A DNA stretch of 64,000 bases from an uncultured Planctomycetota bacterium (GTDB lineage: Bacteria; Planctomycetota; Planctomycetia; Isosphaerales; Isosphaeraceae). The stretch lies in contig CAWJTV010000039.1 in NCBI GenBank assembly GCA_963845755.1, positions 64,001-128,000 of the forward strand, written 5' to 3'. Of this stretch, positions 16,901 through 29,300 are shown in pieces. The notes beneath the pieces are model-generated. The model was given only the letters and a program-made list of their open reading frames with translations, had not been told where the DNA came from and ran no database searches. The stretch's first letter is position 1; every line of letters begins with the position of its first letter. The translations under genes were made by a program, and so were the position numbers.

Positions 16901-18188
16901 CTCCCGGTATCTGGCGGCCAGCCAGGATGGCACGGTGCGGGTCTGGGCGACAGGGCCGCGCCCTCCGTCCTCCCAGCCCTATCGATACGACTGCGGACGC
17001 GCGAACCTCCTGGTCTCGGTCATGAAGGACCAATCGACATTCCGGTCTTACAGCCCGGACGCGCGGCGCTGGGTGGAATGGACGAAGGACGGGAAAGCGT
17101 GGTATGGCTCGGGGCCGAACGTCGCGCCGCGACCGATCTCCCACCCTGGCCCGGTCGAGGACGCTCGCTTCTGCGACGATGGCTCGCGGCTGATCGTTTC
17201 AGGCGGTCGGGCCATCCGTGCGTGGGACCCGGACACTGTCGCCCCGGCCGGGCCGGTCGTGTCGGCAGCCACGCTGGTCGATCCGCTCTGGCGCTGGAAC
17301 ACCCGCATTTCGTCCAGTCCGCCGGTCGCGACCGCAATTCCGGCCGATCCGCGCGAGAATACCAGGTTAACGCCGGAATTGCTCCGGCCGGATCACCTGT
17401 CCCGCGACGGAACGCGAATCGTCTGCCTGGACGACGAGAAGACGCTCTCCGTGTGGGACCTGACGGCCGGCCTGCGCGTGTTCGGTCCGGCCCGTCATCC
17501 CGACCCCGGCCCGCAGGTCTTCGAGCAGCCGAGCCGGGCGGGATGGGTGAGCGATGCGGCCCTCTCTCCCGACGGACGCCGGATGGCCGTCGGGATCGAG
17601 TGAACCGGCACGCTGACCGTCTGGGATGTCGATTCCGGCGAGATCGTCCACCACAACCGGAGGTTCCGTGGATATCTCCGGAAGGTGCAGTTCTCGGACG
17701 ACGGACGACGGGTCCTGCTGGCTTCGAGTGATGGTCAGGCTCGAATGTATGACGCCGATACGGGCATCCCGCTCGGCCCGGCGGTGAGCCAGCCGGACGG
17801 GCAGTTGGCGATCGGGGTGAGCCCGGATGGCCGGCGGTTGGCGGTGTACGACGACCACGTCAACGGCTTTCGGATGTTCGATGTGGAGCGCGGCGAGCGA
17901 CTCCTCACCATACCCTACGGCAACCGAACCAGGCCGACGGCCCTGTGGTTCGACGCCGCCGGTCGGTCGTTGAATGCGGTCGTGGGAGCCGAGACGCTCA
18001 CGTTTCCGCTCCCTCGGTTCGACGTCCCCTTCGCCGACTCCAAGGCACTGATGCGGTTCCTGACCGGGCAGCAGATCGACGGCAGCGAGGGTATTGAGTT
18101 CGTCGATCAATCCACGTTCCGGAAGGACCCGGACCACTATCGAGACGTTTTCCTCGCCTGGAAAACGCTGCGGGTGGACGGGAAGTGA
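13916..18188 (+). CDS. Ser/Thr protein kinase - TM - WD40 repeat protein (copy 1; frameshifts and an in-frame TGA at 17601)
   Basis: [41 protein letters not shown] after RRNP; many FSPDG..WD repeats in ORFs 15610, 16091, 16674, 17685. Confidence 0.88.
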
Positions 18189-18320
18189 AAGGTCCGTCCA
18201 CGGCCGACGATGTCTGTCCCTGAATCAGCCGTTTCTCTTTTTGTCCCGTGCGTCCTGCCGGTCCCGATCGCAATCGGTATCGGGAAGTAAGTGATCCCCT
18301 ACCATGAGGAGCCCGGATCC

Positions 18321-19454
18321 ATGACCTCCACTTCGACGCCCCGTCTCGTGCGTGGTTTCACCCTGATCGAACTCCTGGTCGTGATTGCGATCATCGCCGT
18401 CTTGATCGCCCTCTTGTTGCCGGCGGTGCAAGCGGCCCGTGAGGCCGCCCGCCGCGCCCAGTGCACCAACAACTTGAAGCAGATTGCCCTGGCCGCCAAC
18501 AACTACGAGTCCACCAACGGCTGCTTCCCCGGCGGATCGTATTCGGGCACACTCTTCAACCCACCCCACTGGGCCACCTATCCGGAGAACTTCAGTTGCT
18601 TCGCTCGCATGCTGCCGTTCTTCGAGCAAGCACCGATGTACAACGCGGCCAATTTCAACCTCTGCTCATCCGACCCGGCCAACCTGACGATTGCCGGCGT
18701 GCAGATCAACTCACTGATCTGTCCGAGCGACATCCAGAACCAGTCGATCTCCCTCCCCGCGACGCAGGCGTCCTCTGGCGTCACGCCCGGATGGAGTTTC
18801 AATGAGGTGTATCCCTTGCCGCCCGGCACCTGGACCCAGGCATTCACCAGCTACGGCGGCAATGCGGGCACCTGGACTTTCGGCTTCTCCAACCTGATGC
18901 CGCCCACCCCACTCCAGTATTACACCGGCGTGATCTACAACGACAGCTCTGTCAAGATCGCGAGCATCACCGACGGCACCAGCAACACCTTCCTGTTCGC
19001 CGAGCACAGCAAGGGGCACCTGTTCATCGTGGATCCGACCTATGCCATCTCGGACAACGCGTGGGACTCCGGCCGCTGGTACGACACCCTGTTCGCGACG
19101 CTCTATCCTCTTAACATCGGGATGGGCAACAGCCTGCCGATCGGCAGCACCGGCTACGGATACTTCGGCCCGACGGCGGCAGGGAGCTTCCACCCCGGTG
19201 GTGCGAACTTCGCGTGCTGCGACGGTTCAGTGCACTTCATCAAGAATTCCATCAGCTCCTGGACTTTCAACACCGGCAATAGCGACGGCTCCGGCGACTC
19301 CATGCCGGACGGCACGCTTTACCAGTCCATCGCTGCGACGGCTCCTTACACGAAGACGGGCCACTACCTCGTCAACAATGGCGCGAGGCTCGGCGTCTAC
19401 CAGCAGCTCTCGACGCGAGCCGGAGCCGAGGTGATCAGCTCCGATTCGTACTGA
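18321..19454 (+). CDS. DUF1559 protein (prepilin-type N-terminal cleavage/methylation motif, H-X9-DG)
   Basis: GFTLIELLVVIAIIAVLIALLLPAVQAAREAARRAQC; ITDGTSNT; HPGGANFACCDGSV. Confidence 0.96.
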   Translation: MTSTSTPRLVRGFTLIELLVVIAIIAVLIALLLPAVQAAREAARRAQCTNNLKQIALAANNYESTNGCFPGGSYSGTLFNPPHWATYPENFSCFARMLPFFEQAPMYNAANFNLCSSDPANLTIAGVQINSLICPSDIQNQSISLPATQASSGVTPGWSFNEVYPLPPGTWTQAFTSYGGNAGTWTFGFSNLMPPTPLQYYTGVIYNDSSVKIASITDGTSNTFLFAEHSKGHLFIVDPTYAISDNAWDSGRWYDTLFATLYPLNIGMGNSLPIGSTGYGYFGPTAAGSFHPGGANFACCDGSVHFIKNSISSWTFNTGNSDGSGDSMPDGTLYQSIAATAPYTKTGHYLVNNGARLGVYQQLSTRAGAEVISSDSY

Positions 19455-19600
19455 GGATCGTTGACCTCGAAGCCGACGGATCCCGTCGCTCCGCGGATGA
19501 AGTGAGACGCCTCCGTCCTCGAGACAATGCTGTTTCCATCATGCTTCCGCCTTCCCACTGGAACGGTTTCATTCGCCCCTGGGGTGAGAGGACTTTCTCG

Positions 19601-20017
19601 ATGTTCAGGATCGCACGCTCGGGTTGTCTCGTGTTTCTCGGACTTGTCGCCGGTTGCGGTGGGGGGGCTCCCTCGACGTCATATTCCGGGCCGCCCCCGC
19701 CCCACAAGGGGAACCTGGTCGCAATTTCAGGCGGTAAGGGATATGTCGAAGTCGTCAAGAAAGAGGTGTCGGGGAAGTCTCCGGTCAGCGCCGAGATCTC
19801 CTTTTACTTCCTCAAGGATGACGGGGCCACCCTCTACTCGCCCTCCCCGAGTGCGGGAACCCTCACCGTCGGGAAGAAGAAGGTGGATCTCAAGGCCGAG
19901 GGGGACGGCCTGGTTACGCCAAATGGGCCTCCCCTCTTTCCGAAAAGCGGGCTGGATGGGATGCTGAGAGTCGATCTCGATGGCAAGTCGATCAACATTC
20001 AATTGGGGCTCCGTTGA
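19601..20017 (+). CDS. Putative lipoprotein
   Basis: MFRIARSGCLVFLGLVAGC lipobox-like N-terminus; PPPHKG motif; directly follows the DUF1559 gene. Confidence 0.75.
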   Translation: MFRIARSGCLVFLGLVAGCGGGAPSTSYSGPPPPHKGNLVAISGGKGYVEVVKKEVSGKSPVSAEISFYFLKDDGATLYSPSPSAGTLTVGKKKVDLKAEGDGLVTPNGPPLFPKSGLDGMLRVDLDGKSINIQLGLR

Positions 20018-20363
20018 AGCGATTTGAGCTGTTACGTTCCGAACGGCCGGAACCGCCGGGCATCCTCGTCGTGCCGACGTCGTGCTCGCGGGATGCCGCA
20101 TTCGCGGATCGAGTCAGATCAGTGGGAGGCTCTGAAAGGCGGAGGCCGTCAATCATCCGGCGGCCTGGCCACCGGTTGCGTTGCGACGATCTCCGAGTTG
20201 GGGCCGTTCGAGGAATCGTTTCAGGTCAACCCCGATCTCGCTCCCACGACGAAGGACCAGCGGCGGCGGGGTTGAAGGGCATCGCGGCCCTGTGGGTCTC
20301 GATGTCGGCCGGGATCCCGACGTTCATGCTGGGGGACAGAGGGGATGTCGTCCCCAATCTTCT

Positions 20364-20396
20364 TGTCCCGAACCTGCCGCGGCGCACGAGTCATAA
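20364..20396 (+). promoter_or_regulatory. Putative ECF promoter TGTCCC-N20-GTCATAA, apparently leaderless
   Basis: Matches the copy 1 boxes; ATG at 20400. Confidence 0.6.
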
Positions 20397-20399
20397 GCT

Positions 20400-21048
20400 A
20401 TGGGCAAGATCATGATCGATTCACCCAGTGAAACCGACCACCTGTTCGAGCGGCTCCGGGCCGGGGATCGCCGCGCTGGCCGAGCTGTTCCAGCAGCACC
20501 GCGACCGACTGCGGAGGATGGTCGAGCTCCGAATGGACGCGCGGTTGCATGGTCGGATTGATGCCTCCGACGTCCTCCAGGACGGATTCCTCGACCTGGT
20601 CCAGCGAGTGGACAGCTATCTGAGCGATCCCAGCCTGCCGGTATTCCTCTGGCTGCGACGGGTCGTCAGCGATCGGTTGGCGATGGTCCACCGCCACCAC
20701 CTCGGGACGCAGATGCGGGACGTCTCCCAGGAGGTCTCGCTCTATCGCGATCCGATGCCCCAGACCAGCTCGGCGGCCCTGGTCTCGATGCTCCTGGGGC
20801 GGCTGACCACGCCCTCGAACGCCGCGATCCGCGCCGAGCAGATCCTCAAGGTCCAGGAGGCGGTCAACTCGCTCGATCCCCTCGATCGCGAGATCGTGGC
20901 GCTGCGGCACTTCGAGCAGCTCAGCCGGGCCGAGACCGCGGAGGTGCTGGGCATCAGCGAGGAGGCCGGGGCCAAGCGTTACATCCGGGCCCTCAAGAAG
21001 CTCAAGACGATCCTGGCCGCGATGCCAGGTGGCCGGGAAGGACCGTGA
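20400..21048 (+). CDS. ECF sigma factor (copy 2; 2-nt deletion near 20472, error or pseudogenisation)
   Basis: Near-identical to 13262..13912; 649 vs 651 nt. Confidence 0.9.
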
Positions 21049-21051
21049 GCG

Positions 21052-24000
21052 ATGTCGATCTCGGAATCGGGTCAGTATAACCTCCTGGATCAACTGGCCG
21101 AGGAATTCGCGGCGCGGTTCCGGCGCGGCGAACGGCCGGCGCTGAAGGAATACACCGATCGCTACCCGGAGCTGGCCGAGGAGATCCGCGAGCTGTTCCC
21201 GGCGATGGTCCAGGTCGAGCAGGCCGAGGGTGGCCGACAGGGCCAGGACCTGGATCAGACCGGCGACCTTCGGACCGCGAATCCACCCCTGAGCCAGATC
21301 GGCGACTACCGGATCCTCCGCGAGATCGGCCGGGGCGGCATGGGGGTCGTGTACGAGGCCGAGCAGATCTCGCTGGGCCGCCGCGTGGCGCTGAAGGTCC
21401 TGCCGCGGCAGGTGTCGGGTGACCGGATGATCCAGGAGCGGTTTCGCCGCGAGGCCCGGGCCGCGGCTCGACTCCATCACACCAATATCGTCCCGGTCTA
21501 CGAGGTCGGCCAGGATGGGGATGTCCGGTTCTATGCGATGCAGTTCATCCAGGGCCAGGGACTGGACCTGATCATCACCGAGCTGCGGCAGCTCCGCGAC
21601 CGGACCCGATCGGAGCCCAAGATCAAGGCGGCCTCCCCGGGCCAGTCGCTCCGGCCCCGCGGCGGGCGATCCGGCCAGGGTATCGAGGCTCCGACCGTCG
21701 CCGAAGGGGTCGAGGTCGGCGCGGTGTTGCAGTCGATTCTGACCGGTCGATTCGACCCTGACGGCCGGGGCCCGGAGCTGGCGGGGGCCTCGCCCTCGGT
21801 GCTGGCCAAGGCCCTTGCCGGCGTCGTCCCGACATCGAGCGGGACCGGGACGGAAAGCCGAGCACTCGAATTCGAGCTCGCCCTGACGAGCACCGAGACC
21901 GGGAGTGCGACTGCGGGCGACCGAACCGGCCCAAGATCGGAGCATCCGTCCCCACCCGCCTTGTCACCCTCGGCGCCGCCGTCGTCCAGCTCGGCAATTC
22001 TGCCCGGGGGTACGCAGCTCTCGTCGGTCGAGTCGGGCCGGAGCCGGTTCTTCCGCAGCCTGGCTCAGATCGGCCGGCAGGTCGCCGGCGGCCTCGCCTA
22101 CGCCCACGCGCGGCGGGATCGTCCACCGCGACATCAAGCCGTCGAACTTGCTCCTGGACACCGAAGGCGTGGTCTGGATCGCCGATTTCGGCCTGGCCAA
22201 GGGGGACGATGAGGGCCTGACGCAGAGCGGCGACATCCTGGGCACACTCCGCTACATGGCCCCCGAACGGTTCCGGGGCGAAGCGGATGCCCGGGCCGAC
22301 GTCTACGCGCTGGGTTTGACCCTCTACGAGCTGCTCACGCTCCGCGCGGGATTCGACTCGTCGGACCGGCTCAAGCTGATCGAGCTGATCAAGACCGAGG
22401 AGCCGCCGCGGCCTCGGGCCGTCGATGCCCGGATTCCGCGGGATCTGGAGACGATCGTCTTGAAGGCGATCGAGAAGGACCCGAAGGCGCGGTACCAGAC
22501 GGCCGAGGCGATGGGCGAGGACCTCGGGCGGTTCCTGGCCGACGAGCCGATCCGGGCCCGCCAGGTCAGCGCCCTCGAGCGCTACTGGCGGTGGGCCCGG
22601 CGCAACCCCGTGATCGCGGTGCTGGGCGGGGTGCTCACGGCGCTCTTGATCGCGACGACCGTGGGCTCGGTGGTGGCCGCCTCGTACTTCCGGAGTCTGG
22701 CCGGAAGTGAATCTCGCGCCAATCAGAAATCGCAAGAGGCTGAGCGACGGGCCACCCTCGAGCGCGACCATTCACGGCAGCAGTCCGCTGACCTGACGCT
22801 CGAGAAGGGATTCGCCCTGGGCCAGGAGGGCCACGCCGACCGGGGCTTGCTCTGGATGCTCGAGGCGCTCAAGACCGCTCCGGACGACGCGGAGGAATTT
22901 CGGCGAACGGTCCGCTGGAATCTGGGTGCGTGGCTCGGGCAGGTCCATAAGCCGCTCAGAATCATCGATCCCGGCAGTTTGCACAATCGCCTCGCCTTCA
23001 GCCCTGATGGAAGATCATTTGCGACGAGTTACCTTCCCAATAATCGTGCGAACGCGACACCAGTCGACCTCTGGGACACCGCCTCGGTCCGAAAGCTCTC
23101 AGCCTTTCCAGGTGTCTTTGGCCCGTTCGCCTTCCGACCGGATGGCAAAGTCCTCGTCGGCATCGCCGACAATTGGAGGCGCATGGTAGCCGTCGACCTG
23201 GCCACGGGGCGCGTGCTCTGGACGACTGCGGACTTACCCGGAGAGCCGAGGGAGAGTGCGATTCACTTCAGTCCCGACGGGTCCACGCTTCTCACGGAGC
23301 GCCTTTACGGTCCAAGCAGAGTTGGGTTAATTCGACTGGATGTCGTCACAGGCCAGCAGCGCGGGGAGCCGATGCGGGGCTGGGGATGTATCGCTGCTGC
23401 TCCCGACGGCAGAACGGCCGCTACCGGCCGTCTCGAGAAGGGCGAGGCGCACATTGATGTGCTAGATCTGCCCTCGGGACGGCTGACTGCATCCTGGCGA
23501 ATCGGCCGGCAAGCACCGCCGTCCTTGGTCTTTAGCTCCGACGGGAAGTCACTGTACGGGTCACTCTCAGAAGTCGAGGGCGTTGGCTACAATCAACACG
23601 GCTTCGGTCAGATCTGGGACGCAGTCACCGGACGACCGACAACTCGCCTCATGGCAGGCACCACCACGTACTTCCCCATTTACACCCCTGCGGGCGATCG
23701 TCTTCTGGCAGAGATTGAATTCAGGCAGTCCGTCCATGACGCCGCCACCGCGAGTGAAAGAGGCTCGAGGCTTCTTGTCGGAGGTCCCACGGCTTTGCAT
23801 CCGGACGGTCGTACGGTGCTTACCAACGCTTTTGACAAGAGCGCCCTGTTATGGCAAGTGTCGGCGGATGCGGAGCCGCTTGCCGACCTAGGAACCGGCA
23901 AGAAGGTAACGCCGACAGGGAGCGTAGCCAACCGCCGATGGCGTGGTCGCAATGTTTTCCGGTCAGGTCGGCTGCGGGCGGATGGCCAGATCGCCGTCTC

Positions 24001-26270
24001 GCTGGCCGATGGTGCGGATGGAAAGGAATTGATCCGATTATCGGATCCCGCAACCGGTCGCCCCATAGGAAGGCCCGCGCCGCACTACCCCGGCTGGATC
24101 GTTCGTGCAGTCGCCTTCAGCCCCGACGGTCGATGGTTCGCGACGGGGAGTAATCCGGAGACTCGCTACGCAAGCGAGCTCAGACTCTGGGACGCGAGCA
24201 CGGGCCGGTTGCGGTTTCCGCCGTTGCCGAACGCCAACTGGATCGCGGCACTGGCATTCCATCCCGATGGCAAGGTCGTGGCCGCGGGTGATTATGATGG
24301 ACTCGTCCGGTTCTGGGATACCTCGACCGGCCGGGAGCTCGGCCGGCCACTTCCTCAAGGAGAGATTGTCTTCAGCCTGGCTTACAGCCCGGACGGCACG
24401 ATGCTCGCGGTGGGTCTCGCCAGTGAGAAGGGCAAGACCGGCACCCAGCTCTGGGATACCCGGACGCGCCAACCCATCGGTGAATTACTGCCCGGCCCTG
24501 TCATCCGGATCGAATTCCGTCCGGATGGTCGGGCCCTGCTCGCGAGTGACGCTGCAGGCAGTGTCCAAACCCGCCTGTGGGACACGACGCGAGGGCAGGC
24601 GCTCGGCGACCCGATGGTTGAGGAGGCCCCCGAAGGATTCCGTCCCGACGGTCGTGCATTTCTGACTGCGGGTAAGGACGGCACGGTCAGGCTCCGCGAT
24701 GCGACCACCGGAGAGGTTCTCACCAAGCTCCTGACCGCCTCGTCGCCGGCCACGTGTGCGGTATTTCGCCGCGACGGCGGTCTGGTCGCCGCGGGGTTCG
24801 AGGACGGCGCGGTCCGGCTCTGTGACCCGGTTACCGCGGAGCCGGTCGGCCCGCCGCGGTTCATGAGACATGCCGTTCGTCAGGTCGTATTCACGTCCGA
24901 TGGCCGGACGGTCGCCGCCATCGACGATGTCGGCGAATCCCGCACCTGGCCCGTTCCCGAGCCGCTCCAGGCTTCGAGCTTGGGCGAGTTGACCCTGCGC
25001 ATCGAGGCCCGGACCGGCCTCCGGATGGACAAGGGACTGGCGATTTCCATGCTCAATGGTCCGGCCTGGCGCGAGCGGCTCGAAGAGCTCGGCCGCCTCG
25101 ATCCCGCCGCCGTAGAAGCTCGATGACGGCCCCGACTGGCACGAGCCGATGATCCGCGAGGCCGAGCAGAACGGCAACGCCTTCGCGGCGATCTGGCACC
25201 TCGACCGCCTGATCGCCGCCCGGCCCGATGACTGGCTCTTGGTCGCGCGCCGGGCCCGCGCGTGGTCCCTGTCCGACAAGTTCGACAAGTCCGCCGCCGA
25301 TTACCAGCAGGCCGAGCGGCTGGGCTCGCGGGAGCAGGTCCTGGACTTCCAGGCTCACTGCGCCAGCGAATGCACCACAGCCGGGCGGTGGGCCGAGGCC
25401 CTCTGGTACCTCGACCGCCTGATCGCCGCCCGGCCCGATGACTGGACGCAGCTTGAAGAACGTGCGGCGGTCTACGGCAAGCTCGGCCGCGAGGCCGACC
25501 GCCAGGCCGAGCTGGCACGCGTCTTCGAGCTGGGGGCCGATCAGGGAATCGTCATCCCCCGGGCCGAGGAGCTGGGCCGCGCCGGCCGCTGGGCCGAGGC
25601 CGCGGGCCTGCTGGCACGCTGCGCCCGGACCGGTCCGCTCAGCCGGGAGCTGGCCCAGGCCTGGGGCATCGCCTGCCTGAAGGCGGGCGACCGCGCTGGT
25701 TACCGCGAGGCCTGCGCAGCGGTCGTGGCGCGCGACTGGCCGGACCCGATCGTTGCCTGGGACGCAACGCTTGCAGGGTCGCTCCTGGCCCTGGGCGTCC
25801 AGGGCCTGGACGATTACCGCGTCCCGATCGCCTGGTTCGAGCGACGGCTGGCCGACGTTCCCGTGCCACCCCCCATCTATCGCCCTTACTACTTTCCGAA
25901 CGCATTGGGCGCGCTGCTCATCCGGGCCGGCCGGATCGACGAGGCGATCACCCGCCTGAACGAGGGAACGGCCGCCGCGACGGAGGCGAAGTTCCAGGAT
26001 TACCCCACCGATTGGGCCTACCTGGCCCTGGCCCACGCGCGAAAGGGAAACTTCGCCGAAGCCCGCCAGTGGCTCGACCGCCTCCGCACATTTCGTCCTG
26101 CTTCGTCGATCACCTCCTGGGACCTCCAGGAGCTCGCTCTCCTCCGGAGCGAGGCCGAGTCGCTGCTCTTCGATGCTGAGGTTCCGAGCGATCCGTTTCA
26201 GACTCGGGGGGCCGAGATGAACCGCTTCGCTTGGCCTCGTTTACTGTCCCGATGGGATCTGTTACATTAG
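21052..26270 (+). CDS. Ser/Thr kinase - TM - WD40 - TPR protein (copy 2; frameshifts near 22110 and 25120)
   Basis: Kinase motifs as in copy 1; [17 protein letters not shown]40 repeats; TPR-like helices in ORF 25149; tail EVPSDPF. Confidence 0.88.
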
Positions 26271-26284
26271 TGCACGCCAGAGGT

Positions 26285-26334
26285 TCAAGACGATCCTGTC
26301 AGCGAGGCCCGGTGACCGGGAAGGACCGCGATCA
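26285..26334 (+). pseudogene. 3' remnant of a third ECF sigma gene
   Basis: Ungapped 42/50 nt match to 21002-21051 (last codons of ECF copy 2 plus spacer); stop TGA changed to CGA. Confidence 0.8.
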
Positions 26335-29300
26335 GTGTCGATCTCGGAATCGGAGCGATATGACCTCCTGGATCGACTGGCTGAGGAATTCACCGATCGC
26401 TTCCGGCGCGGCGAACGTCCCACGCTGGAGGAATACACCGATCGCTGCCCGGAGCTGGCCGAGGAGATCCGCGAGCTGTTCCCGGCGATGGTCCAGGTCG
26501 AGCAGGCCGACGATCTGCGGCAAGGCGAGGAGAAGGAGACCCGGGATTCCTGGGCCGCGAATCCACCCCTGAGCCAGATCGGCGACTACCGGATTCTCCG
26601 CACGATCGGCCGGGGCGGGATGGGGGTTGTGTACGAGGCCGAGCAGATCTCGCTGGGCCGCCGCGTGGCGCTGAAGGTCCTGCCGCGGCAGGGGTCCAGC
26701 GACCAGATGGTCCTGGAGCGGTTCCGCCGCGAGGCCCGCGCCGCGGCAAGACTGCACCACACCAACATCGTGCCGATCTTCGAGATCGGCCAGGACGGAG
26801 ATGTCCGCTTTTACGCCATGCAGTTGATCCAGGGTCAGGGCCTGGACCTGGTCATCACCGAGCTGCGGCAACTTCGCGACCGGGCCGGATCCCTGCTCAA
26901 GATCAAGGCGGCCTCCTACAGCCAGTCGCTCCGGTCCCGCGGAGGGCAGTCCGGCCAGGGTGTCGATGGCCCGACACACGACGAAGGGGTCGAGGTCAGC
27001 GCGGTGTTGTGGTCGATTTTGACCGGTCGGTTCGAGCCTGACGGCCAGGGTCCTGAACAGGTGGAAGTCTCACCATCAATGCGGCCCCGCCCGCCCGCCG
27101 ACGGCCTCGCGACACCAACCCATACCGGGACCCACAAAGGCGCGGGCGAATCCGACCCGGCAGCGACGCGTCCCAAAGCTGAGAGCGCAGCCGAAGGCGA
27201 AGCAAACGGCCCACACCGGGCGCATCCGTCCGCCTCAATCTCGTCGTCGTCGGCCTCTGTGCCGTCCAGCTCGATGATCCTGCCCGGCGGTACCCAGCTC
27301 TCGTCCGTCGACTCGGGCCGGCGCCGGTTCTTCCGTAGCCTGGCTCAGATCGGCCGGCAGGTCGCCGGGGGCCTCGCCTACGCCCACGCGCGGGGGATCA
27401 TCCACCGCGACATCAAGCCGTCGAACTTGCTCCTGGACACCGAAGGCGTGGTCTGGATCACCGATTTCGGCCTGGCCAAGGGAGACGACGAGGGGCTGAC
27501 TCACACCGGCGACATCCTGGGCACACTCCGCTTCATGGCTCCCGAGCGGTTCCGGGGTCAGGGGGATGTTCGAGCCGACGTATACGCGCTGGGACTCACG
27601 CTCTACGAGCTACTCACGCTCCGACCGGCATTCGCCTCGCCGGACCGGCTCGTAATGATCGAGCAGATCAAGACCGAAGAGCCGCCACGGCCCCGGTCCG
27701 TGGATGGGCGGATCCCGCGGGACCTGGAGACGATCGTCTTGAAGGCGATCGAGAAGGATCCCAAAGCGCGGTACCCGTCGGCTGACGCGCTCGGCGAGGA
27801 CTTGCGGAGGTTCCTGGCCGGCGAGCCGATCCGGGCCCGCCAGGTCGGGGCCGCGGAGCGATACTGGCGGTGGGCCCGGCGCAACCCGGGGATCGCGGTG
27901 CTCGGCGGCGTGCTTACCGGAGTGCTGGTCCTCGCCACGGTCAGCTCCCTGGCGGCGATGCAGCGGTACCGGACCCTCGCCATTGCGCGCGAGGCCGAAC
28001 GAAAGGAAGCGGATCGCGCACGGGCGGAGGAAGTCGTGGCCCGCACGAAGGCCGACGAGGCCAACGCCAGCCTCTTGGGCACCCAGGAAGAGCTGCGCCG
28101 GACCGTGTACGCCACACGGTCCAACCTCGCCCTGGCCGCCTGGGACAACAACGACGTCGGCCGCCTTCGAAGTCTCTTGGATCTGTTGCAGCCAGCGCCG
28201 GGTGAGCCAGACCTTCGCGGCTGGGAGTGGCGCTATCTCTGGCAGCTCCTTCACGGCGATCGGCTCACACTCCAGGCCTACGACGGCAGGTTCAGTGACG
28301 TGGTGTTCAGTCCCGACGGGCAGACCCTCGCGGGCCTCGAGAGGAGCGGCCGCATCCGGTTCTGGGACCGCTGCACCGGTCAGTTACTGCAGACGGCGGG
28401 CGGCCCGACTCGGGGTCCATTTTCGGATCTAAGCCCGACGAGCGGCGTCAATGCGCTTGCCTTCAGCCCCGACGGCCGCCGTGTCGCCGGGCCGGGGCCA
28501 GACTCGGGCCTGGTGCTCTACGCCGTCGACACGGGCTTGCCCGTCTACCGCTTTGAGGGCGACCCCAGAGCGGTCATGAGGCTGGGGTGGAGCCCCGACG
28601 GGCGGACCTTAGTCGGCGCTCTCTCGTCACACACCCTGCGCGTGTGGGACGCCCGCAACGGCCAGATGATCCACCGGCGATTCGGTGGACACCAGGGCCC
28701 GGTTGCCGCCGTCGCGTTTTCCCCCGATGGCCGCACCATCGCCTCGGCCAGCTATGACCGCACGGTCAAACTCTGGAAACCCGAGGACCCAAAGCAGCCG
28801 CTCGCCACCCTGCGCGGGCACACCGACGAGGTCCGCGCCGTGGCTTTCAGCCCGGACGGCCAGCGGATCGCCTCGGCCGGGCTCGACCGGTCCCTTCGGG
28901 TCTGGAATGCCCAGTCGGGGGCACCGCTCGCCGTGATCTGGGGGCACCCCGGCGCGGTGTTGTCGCTGGCCTTCGGGCCCGACAGCAAAAGGGTCGTGAC
29001 GGCCTCCGCCGACGAGACGGTACGCGTCTGGGACACCACCTCGGGCCAGGAGCTTTGCACCTTCAGGGGGCACACCGGCGAGGTCGTCGCCGTCGCCTTC
29101 AGCCCCGACGGTAGGGACGTCGCCTCGGCGGGCGCCGACGGGACGGCGCGGGTCTGGGATGCCGCGAGCCCGCCTCGCCCCCGCAGCCTACGGAGCCCTC
29201 CTGTGCTGACTTACGCCGGAACCGTGGAAGGCCTGGCGTTTTCCCCCGACGGTCGCCGCCTGGTCTCTGGCCACGACGACGGCGCGCTGCGAGTCTGGGA

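Noticed and set aside
17601..17603. In-frame TGA in kinase 1 as selenocysteine or readthrough
   Set aside because: Falls in a WD40 loop (GIE*TGTL) with no redox context; a substitution error or nonsense mutation is simpler
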